DNA from: Trichoplax sp. H2
Lineage: Eukaryota
Reading direction: 5' to 3'
DNA length: 20,000 nucleotides
NCBI GenBank assembly: GCA_003344405.1
Contig: NOWV01000264.1
Coordinates: forward strand, 60,701-80,700
Both the position numbers and the translations under genes were made by a program. Positions 12,201 to 20,000 of the stretch are shown piece after piece. The stretch's first letter is position 1, and every line of letters starts with the position of its first letter. A model generated the notes under the pieces. The model did no database searches and had not been told where the DNA came from. It worked only from the letters and a program-made list of their open reading frames with translations.

Positions 12201-12819
12201 ATTTTATAATTGCCTAATATCGTAAACGTTTAAAATATGACACTTGTACTACAGTAGTTGGAATATGAATTATGCTACTCATTCAATATAATATGATGCC
12301 TTAGGGATTGATCTTTTAGTTAACATTAATGCTAATACTAGCACAATTGCAAAGATGTATACTCGGACATAAAAGATCATCCTTGGGTTTAATATCTGGA
12401 TTTATGAAACATCAACATATGAAAGATTTTCTAGCATTATTGTCCACCTACAATTGAATGAATTTGCTGTTAATAAGAAGGGGAATTTGATGTAATAAAA
12501 AATGTCTGAGCATGAACATCCGCCATTATAACATTAACCTAAAGTTAAAATTACCTGTATTGCTAAATTATTCTCCTAAGATCTTGTATCATTTATTTAT
12601 GCTAGATGTTTGGTAGTATATGAACGTGCTAATGATAACCAAGAGAACAAATCTCACTTTAAAAAAGTTTTGATAGTAATTTTTCGATTTAATTACTTAT
12701 AGGTCTGATTTTATAACTGGAATAAATTACTTCCCGTTGCAGATAAGCTTTGTCATACAATATATGCTTGATCTGATAATTGTCTTGGCAAATTTTAAAC
12801 TATTTTCCAATTTAAAATA

Positions 12820-13490
12820 CACATTGAACTACGTACGACGTAAGACAGTAGTAAATGAATATAGCCTCAAAGCTTTCAAGAACTACGCATACTTCCCAAA
12901 AATCTTACTGACAGGTATTTGTATGGATCAGGAAGATTATAAAAGGCTAGATTGGAACACACGGAACTACAGGAGACAGCAATAAATAGATATATAACCT
13001 TAAAACTTTCAGGAATTGCGCCTATTTAGCACTGATCTTACTGACAAATTTTGTATCAATCAGGGAGAATGTAAAAGATTGGATTAGAACGCACATTGAA
13101 CTACAGAAGAAAGTAATAAATGGATATACTGCATAGCCGCAAAGCTTTCAAAAACTACGCTTATTTACCGGAGATCTTACTAACAAGTTTTCGTATCGAT
13201 CAGGGAAAATGTAAAAGATTAGATTGGAACACATATTGAACTATAGAAGAGAGTAATAAATGGATTTTAACCGCAAAGCTCTCGAGAAGTGTGCGTATTT
13301 ACCACAGATCTTACTGACAAGTTTTTGTAGCCATCTGGGAGAAAGAAAGATTGGATTAGAGCGCAGATTAAAGCATAGAAGACAGTAGTAGATGGATATA
13401 GTCGCAAAGCTTATAAGATCTACGCATATTTACCACAGATCTTACTAGCAAGTTTTTGTATGGATCAGGAGGAATATAAAAGATTGGAAG
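12820..13490. repeat. Diverged tandem repeat, ~134 bp unit, ~5 copies, upstream of gene B
   Basis: atcttact at 12902, 13035, 13174, 13308 and 13439 (spacings 133/139/134/131), with conserved atcagg, gaacta and aaagct blocks. Confidence 0.88.
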
Positions 13491-14019
13491 TAAATTTGAA
13501 TTGTATAATCCATCGTCAACAATACTACGATTGGTATAATATATTGTAAAGGTTATACCACCTATGTCAATATAGCTAATACAACAATTGTATGGAAGCT
13601 GCGTTATCCAGCGATCTAGCTATTAATTATGGATACTATGTCATATTTCATTGTTTTATTAGCATTGTGATCGGAAGATGGTTATCCTATTATTGAGGAT
13701 TGCCGTATAGAATTAACATAACTCTTTTGACAGCTATCGTTTCGTTTACTTAATCCGATATGGCATAATGATTCTATTATACGTACTTTTAAGGACTACG
13801 AATTATCGTCACAGGGATTGAGCTTGTCTTATTAGGTAGTAAGTGTATTATATTAGTAGGCTGATATTTTTCGATCTTAATATTTAGCGATCCTATTGGC
13901 TCTGTAGTCTTTTTATCGTCATAGGTTATCTTGTCTTGTTGATGGCTACGAGTAGTCATGTTTCTAATTATCCGAATGTTTCAAGTAGATGAAGAGTAAA
14001 AGAATTATCATCAATCAAA

Positions 14020-14100
14020 ATGGTTGTTACCACAAAAATTCTTCTTTCTTTTCTCTACTACTGGATGTTACCTGTCTTGATTTTTTCATTTAGCTATCAG
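14020..14100 (+). CDS. Gene B exon 1: signal peptide MVVTTKILLSFLYYWMLPVLIFSFSYQ
   Basis: aaaATGG start, hydrophobic 27 aa, donor CAG|GTAAAT, phase 0. Joins to VSPVYA-NPC, a plausible signal-peptidase site. Confidence 0.72.
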
Positions 14101-17100
14101 GTAAATGATCTATAAATTGCTGTCTTGTCGTAATTTTATTTTTTCTCTTATGGTGATACGAATAGTCTGACAAAAATTAGTGTTAGTATTTTTATACCTT
14201 ATGATGCCGGTGCTTTTATACATTTGTTTCAACAATTTTGACATTCTTGAAAGATAATCTTACTAATGTAAGCACTAGTAAGATTAACTGACAAGAATGA
14301 ATAGTAAGAGATTCAGCAGGTAGAGAATTGACAACTTTTGTAGAAGTATATGGTTATAAACTTTATAATATAGAGTAAGATGATTTTAACAACCAGGATC
14401 ATTAAATATCGACGTAAGACTTTCAACAAATGGAGAATTGACAAATTCTTGTAAAAGTCCGTGGTTATAAATCTCAGAATGTAGTGTAAAATGATTTTAA
14501 CAATCAGAAACATTAACTATCAAAGAGAGATTCAACAGGTAGAGAATTCACAACTTTCGTAGAAGTATGTGGTTATAAACTTTTATAATATAGTGTAAAA
14601 TGATTTCAAAAATCAGGAACATTAAATATCGACGTTAGACTTTCAACAGGTAGAGAATTGGCAATTTTCTATAGAAGTGCATGGTTAGTAGCCTTATGAT
14701 GTAATGTGAAACGATTTTAACAACTAGGAGCATTAAATATCGACGTAAGACTTTCAACAAGTAGAGTATTGACAACTTTTGGTAGAAGTATATGGATATA
14801 AAAGTTATAATATAGTATGAAATGATTTGACAAACAGAAACATTAAATATCGACGTAAGACTTTACGTAACCTCGAGTTACATAACTTGCAAAGAAACTA
14901 TTCGATGGATTAAGATATAATATGTACGGTACCGCATATTCTCAGGCTAATTTTATCTTAAAATACTATACGTGCAAACATTTTCATTAGTTATTCGTTA
15001 CGAGTTAAATAACGGATATAGACCTGAGAAAGGTTCGGTTCGGTTTAAACCGTTATGATCTATATACGGATACAATTAATAGCTGGATTGGTCAGCATGT
15101 AGTCAATACATAAAGTGAACGGAGACTGGGAGCTTGTTATTGCAAGCTATGATTCGTTATTACTAAGTAAGTCTACTATATTCATTCACTTCATTTACTG
15201 TATTATTAACGGTAAAAAAATGCTAAGAATGGTTAGAGAGCCAAGTTTCCAGAATACATTGCTTTACTTAATCAAAATATAGTTAGAAAAACATTGACTA
15301 TGAGTATATCCTGTAGTTCTGAATTAATATTTTAATTGATTACAATCCTTGTAAATTTGTATTGCATCGTGAAGGTTTATTCTAACGGAAAGAAGTGAGA
15401 ATATCCGCTTATTTACCGCAAAATAACCTAAGACTGCTAATGCAAATAATATTTGGCACATGCTATTTAATAGTAACGTATCTACAATACTGCATCATAT
15501 TAATAATAATAGACGGACATTTGTATCGTCAAACATTTAATAATAAAACGGTAAAATCTAAAATCTAATTACTTCACTAAGAGGGGCTTATTTAAGACAG
15601 AAATGCGAATTGTACTGTAAGCCAAAGGCCAAAGCGTCTTAAAATACTGTAATCTGCCTTTAAGATGCAGCTTCCTAATTCTGAGTGAATGAAGAGCAGG
15701 GGACTTTTCGCAATTGATTTTTATAATATATACTACTATATTACCGCACAAATCATCATTAGCTAATCTTCTTAACTTTTAAATATTTAACAAGTGTTAT
15801 AAGACCGGATAATTTTATCACCAGTGTAGTAAGGTCACTGTAATGATTGCAGCCTTTAGTATTGACCGTGATTAATCTTAAGGACAAAATCAGTCCTAGG
15901 AATGCTGTAACATGTCCGCTAATTAGATCTATGGAGATTATTAAATTTTAATAATAATTTAAGCCAATATAGATTAGCCATGATCGATTACAAGTGTAAT
16001 TCTAACCAAGCTTATATTAGTGTTGTATCTATTCTTCATTTGAAATGTTATTATATGCGTGACTAGGTATCTCCAGTCTATGCAAATCCATGTTCAAGTA
16101 ACCCTTGTAAGTATGGACTTTGCCAGCGTCTTAATGATACAAGCTATTTATGCCAATGTGATCAAGGTTATTGGGGATATCAGTGTCAATATAAACCTTC
16201 GGATTGTAAATGGTCGATAAAAGGATCTAATGGTATGCTAAACTGAATTAAATGCGCTAGTTTAATTTCGCTTTGCTCTAGATATACCTTACTAGATCTT
16301 GTAACTGGTATATATTCCATTCTTAAATGTTCTATCGCATTCTTATCAACCTGCTTGTGAGGTGATCATGATATGGCTTTTGTTCTTTCATATGAATACT
16401 AAATTATGTAAATCTTGAACAGTTTCTTAATATTTTTACACCTACTATATCATGATATATTTTCATTTCTTTCATATGACTACTAAATTACGTAAATCTT
16501 GAACAGTTTCTTAGCGTAATTTACTGTCTACAAAGAGTCGATACAGTGAATCATAAACATAGATATAACTTTATAGGCTAGTTTCGCAAGTCAAAGTCTG
16601 ATCGCTTATGTTTTTACAGCTTCAGTAGTCTATCCAACTGGAAGACAGTGGAAAAATCAATGCAATAGCTGTTATTGTTTGCAAGGAAAGGTTATCTGTA
16701 GTCAGGTAAAGAATTTAAATAGCAATATATTTACGAGGATTGGTAAATATCGTAAAGGAGAATTAACAATATGTACTTTATTCTGACACTGTTCTATCAA
16801 TTTATTACAACATTTCCAGTGATATAGAAACGAAATGTATTAATACAGGGATTCACGCTCTGTGATAAAATTTTGCCCACGTAATGAATGATAACATTAA
16901 TTTTCGAATCCTCTGTTAATTTTTAGCTATGGTGTGGTTTAACTTTTTGCCAGAGTGGGAATGATTGTTCTGAAACATCAAAGCCTTGTACTGTAGTGCC
17001 AAAATCCTGGTGTCTATCAACATCTTGCTCCCAATATGGTTACTGTAGTTCTACAGAAAATCAAATAGTGACAGATTGTATACGAAATAGGCCATTGCAA

Positions 17101-18764
17101 AAATGCATCTTGAGAACCGTTTATATTGATATAAGTCAATTCACTCAGGTTAGTGTGTTAGCTTATAAATTTATGAACTAATATTAAAATAGGTGAAGTA
17201 AAGGTATTACTATTTAGTGGTAGACTTCTGAGTAATACAAGATCGTGAGCTTATGCCTTTTATCCTTCGTTTAGAATATAACTGTCGAGTCAATTTGCCA
17301 AGAAATCAGATCTATAAGATCCATACAGTATTATACTAATACCAGCATTATTATTGGATGTCAATCCAATGCTTCTACTCTTTTTCAAGCCCGATACCGT
17401 CAATTATTGATTGCAATCGTAAGTTGACTGTTGTGATGAGTATTCCATGCCTATTCTATTTAGAAATAGGTTAAAACTAGAAAAACTTTGAATACGTGTA
17501 TTTATCGATATGGTTTGATAGAAATGTAAAGCAATACCGAATATTGGACGAGGAATAGCTTATGAATATGAATGTATATTAAGACTTTGCTTAAAATAGT
17601 TACGACGGGTTAAGAAATGATAAAATATCTTTATCATTTTAGTCATCCCCTAAGATCAGTGCTGCAGAATTAATCATGAATGATCTTAATCAAACATTAT
17701 CTGGCCCTTATATTCGTGGAAATCTTCGCCATATTATCTTTACACTACCAACTACTGGTAAGAGATACTAAAAGTATATAGATTCATCAAATACCTCCAT
17801 ATTAGCGAAGTAGAAATGTATTTATTTTCTATATGCAATTGACTAAAGATATTAATCCGTTAGAGGAATTAAAAATTTTTCGTCCCTAAATAACAACATA
17901 TTACAATTTATGCTCGAAATCAAATCGAGAATTGCCTACCGTATAATCTTGATAAATAAACGATAGACTCTATAATGTATTGCATGTATCGATGTTTGTT
18001 CTGTGAGCTATTTTCATATTTATGTGCCAATTTTTATCGATTGGAGATTTCATGGACCGAATTAATGTTACATATTATTCTTTATTGCTCATCTCATCGA
18101 TTAATTTTATATATTTCGACTAGTGCCATCTTTTATACTACCTTTACTGATTACTGGGACGGCTTTATTAATTTTGGTGCTGATTGCAACTGCTTGGTTA
18201 ATTAAGCGCAAATATGATACTGATTCTCAAGATCAGATTGACACCAAGAAATCGGAATTATCCAATTTCATTTTTAAGAGGCATTTTTCTTTCAGCAAAG
18301 GAAAACCAAAGACGCAAGAAATAACAGCAAATCCTATCTTTGTTGATGAAAATGAGGCAGCATGGAAAAGGAAAAGCTCAATTCGTGCTTCTGCTAACTT
18401 CTTTCGTGGGGTTAAACCAAAACGAAAAGCGTATGAAATTCGTAATAGCCGCAATAAAGGCAGAGGCATATCACATAAGAAAGATGGAGGAAATGATGAT
18501 TCTTTTGCTGGGCATGACAATAGCAATACCGGTAATGGAATAACTGTACGAGAACTTACCACCAATGATTATGGCAATTCAAGCCAGGTAAATCAGCATC
18601 AAAATGAAGATAATATTCTCTCTGAAAATGGGCTTATAAATCAAGATGATAGAAAGGGAACTAGTGGCTATTCGGATATATTATCGCATAGTTTAAGATG
18701 GATCGCAGGAAGGCGTAAATCGAGTGTGACTTTAGAACAGCCTGGATATGATATTCAAGAATAA
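14020..18764 (+). CDS. Gene B (spliced): Jagged/Serrate-like type I membrane protein lacking C2 and DSL; join(14020..14100,16067..16232,16620..16705,16927..17148,17275..17418,17643..17757,18124..18764), ~484 aa, possibly extending to 19028
   Basis: Seven GT-AG exons splice in frame (1455 nt incl. TAA). The product runs EGF, W-x3-C-N-S-C-x-C-x2-G-x3-C, WCG...C, ITVESICQEIR, TM, and aligns by eye to the JAG1/Serrate membrane-proximal region. Confidence 0.87.
14310..14865. repeat. Tandem repeat, ~110 bp unit, 5 copies, in gene B intron 1
   Basis: gag(a/t)att at 14323, 14433, 14542, 14653 and 14764; cattaaatatcgacgt(a/t)agacttt in four copies. Confidence 0.9.
16067..16232 (+). CDS. Gene B exon 2: EGF plus start of VWC (VSPVYANPCSSNPCKYGLCQRLNDTSYLCQCDQGYWGYQCQYKPSDCKWSIKGSN)
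   Basis: Six-Cys EGF. Acceptor gactag| (alternative phase-1 cag| at 16076), donor G|GTATGC. Confidence 0.9.
16383..16513. repeat. ~47 bp near-identical direct repeat x2 in gene B intron 2
   Basis: ttctttcatatga(a/c)tactaaatta(t/c)gtaaatcttgaacagtttctta at ~16383 and ~16467. Confidence 0.85.
16620..16705 (+). CDS. Gene B exon 3: VWC-like (ASVVYPTGRQWKNQCNSCYCLQGKVICSQ)
   Basis: tttttacag| and CAG|GTAAAG; VWC motif G-x2-W-x3-C-x2-C-x-C-x2-G-x3-C. Confidence 0.93.
16927..17148 (+). CDS. Gene B exon 4: Jagged-type Cys-rich region (LWCGLTFCQSGNDC...WCLSTSCSQYGYC...KCILRTVYIDISQFTQ)
   Basis: ttttag| and CAG|GTTAGT, 222 nt, phase 0-0. Cys spacing like JAG1 VWCGPRPC...CFVHPCTGVGEC...NCANITFTF. Confidence 0.93.
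17275..17418 (+). CDS. Gene B exon 5: Jagged/Serrate juxtamembrane region (NITVESICQEIRSIRSIQYYTNTSIIIGCQSNASTLFQARYRQLLIAI)
   Basis: gtttag| and ATC|GTAAGT, 144 nt. Parallels JAG1 GLTTEHICSELR...IYIACE...IHVAI. Confidence 0.92.
17643..17757 (+). CDS. Gene B exon 6: juxtamembrane stalk (SSPKISAAELIMNDLNQTLSGPYIRGNLRHIIFTLPTT)
   Basis: ttttag| and G|GTAAGA, 115 nt, phase 0-1 bridges exons 5 and 7. Confidence 0.87.
18124..18764 (+). CDS. Gene B exon 7: TM helix (FILPLLITGTALLILVLIATAWLI), KRK stop-transfer and cytoplasmic tail
   Basis: Acceptor gactag| at 18123, 213-codon open frame, hydrophobic stretch followed by KRK. The ORF-track start GTG is actually the splice junction codon. Confidence 0.92.
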
Positions 18765-19028
18765 GATATGACTAGCGATATTAAAATTGTGAAAGTAAAT
18801 GATCAATCTGAGAAACAAGAGAATATTTATCGGCGGGTTGTAACAGGAGATAATGTCAAATTATACAATGCGGAACAAGATAATATTAAAACGCAGACTG
18901 TAGCACATGATAACATTGACTTTCAGCCTGAAATTCAAAATAATATCGACCAGCAAGCTGAAGAGTTTGATCATCATACCAATCTACTGGCTGAAACCGA
19001 AGAATCTGACGAAAGTAAGATCTTATAG
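18765..19028 (+). CDS. In-frame continuation of gene B tail beyond TAA (D-MTSDIKIVKV...EESDESKIL*)
   Basis: Same frame as 18123..18764, separated only by one TAA; 87 sense codons with acidic/polar coding-like composition. Confidence 0.5.
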   Translation, partial: DMTSDIKIVKVNDQSEKQENIYRRVVTGDNVKLYNAEQDNIKTQTVAHDNIDFQPEIQNNIDQQAEEFDHHTNLLAETEESDESKIL

Positions 19029-19201
19029 ATAAATTACTTTATAGTAAATGTACAAGTATATGATAATCTTGATGAGGTTTAAGTGTCAAAATGTAATTTA
19101 TGAGTGCGGAGATATGATATAGAATCTAATTTACTTTATAAACTGAGTACAAACTTTTTACCTGCGACTTATTTTGTTTAAAATTGAATTAACTTCATGT
19201 T

Positions 19202-19207
19202 AATAAA
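19202..19207 (+). terminator. Candidate polyadenylation signal for gene B (second candidate at 19399..19404)
   Basis: First AATAAA hexamers I see downstream of the last exon; weak evidence in AT-rich DNA. Confidence 0.3.
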
Positions 19208-20000
19208 TTATTTAAGATAACAAATTAAGTAAATTGGATCTTTTATGTCCTAAATTTTACATATGTATTGTACCCCTAACATCTTCATTTAATGTTATAG
19301 TAATATTTGACGAATTAGAACTGTGTGAGGATAAATTTGATTATAATATTGTGATTGGTCTATCTTGCACCACTTTGTAATGATATATGAGTATAAATAA
19401 TAAAGCCTTTGATGTACATAGATCAATTATTCATTTATTCTGGCACCTTATTAATTTAATTGCGAAAGTCGCGGTAGCTCCGCTTAAATTTTATAGAAGC
19501 TCGCTGCAATGGTAGTTACAGACTGAGCGCGATATAAAGTTAAAGTTTATATGTAGTTAGTAAGTTTACTAAATATAGATAATAACGCTATGTAAACTTA
19601 TTAACATTACAAACAAGTTTAATTCAATGCTATTGAGAGTAGTGTGTGAAAATATTACCGATAATAGAGTCTTCTTAGCTTGCTGAATAATCACTATGTC
19701 ATTCAAGATTATCTATCAATTTTTAGACGTTGCACAAGTTTTGTAAGCATATAATGAAGTATTTTTGATATATCTACGAGTATATCGCTGTTTACAACGT
19801 TCTGTAGTTATGCCAAGAACTGCTATTTGTATATATAGTTGCAGGTTTGATATGGCAAGATTACCGAAAATGAGAATATACATTCGTTATGTTCAAAATT
19901 AGCGAGTATGATTAGATATCATAAAGGAATAGCACATTTTATGGTTATCCATTTAATTTAGTTATTTGTAATGACAAATAAAAATATATATACGCATATA

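Noticed and set aside
8881..12209. Short intergenic ORFs (8881..9090, 9358..9576, 11265..11465, 11997..12209) and isolated minus-strand splice-like signals near 9424 and 9637
   Set aside because: Compositions are typical of random AT-rich DNA and no consistent exon chain could be built.
12737..14865. CRISPR-like or coding interpretation of the tandem arrays (ORFs 12737..12985 and 14313..14513)
   Set aside because: Whole units are repeated and diverged with no unique spacers, the context is eukaryotic, there are no cas genes, and frames are not preserved between copies.
15103..15166. Possible extra gene B exon SIHKVNGDWELVIASYDSLLL (tgtag| ... A|GTAAGT), phase-compatible with the alternative acceptor at 16076
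   Set aside because: Weak acceptor, no domain similarity, and the direct exon 1-2 join gives a natural signal cleavage site. It cannot be excluded without RNA data.
7..15401. CSL/Su(H)-like GTGAGAA sites (7..14 minus, ~8159 minus, 15395 plus)
   Set aside because: A few isolated 7-8mers in 20 kb are expected by chance; no paired-site arrangement.
17975..18565. ORFs 17975..18205 (+), 18233..18565 (-) and 18340..18543 (+)
   Set aside because: Alternative-frame or antisense overlaps of gene B intron 6 and exon 7.
19465..19535. GC-richer patch with an imperfect hairpin (gctcgctgcaat...gttacagactgagc), considered as ncRNA/tRNA or a recoding element
   Set aside because: No cloverleaf or SECIS features, the stem is weak, and the upstream stop is TAA rather than TGA.

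Overview
AT-rich eukaryotic genomic DNA with short GT-AG introns; a compact non-bilaterian animal such as the placozoan Trichoplax is my inference from composition and intron size only. Manual splicing gives two divergently transcribed genes related to Notch ligands (Delta/Serrate/Jagged), with ~9.1 kb between their start codons. Gene A (minus, ATG at 4891, 10 exons down to 212, continuing off the left edge) encodes a signal peptide, an MNNL/C2-like domain, a collapsed two-Cys DSL remnant and at least 7 EGF repeats (one per exon, with a 4-exon periodicity). Gene B (plus, 14020..18764, 7 exons, ~484 aa) encodes a signal peptide, a single EGF, a Jagged/Serrate-type VWC/Cys-rich and juxtamembrane region, a TM helix and a cytoplasmic tail; its last four introns match those I recall for human JAG1, but it has no C2 or DSL. 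Its TAA stop is followed in frame by 87 more coding-like codons. Neither gene has an intact DSL Notch-binding domain in this window. Several diverged tandem repeats (units of ~80-290 bp) lie in introns and intergenic DNA.
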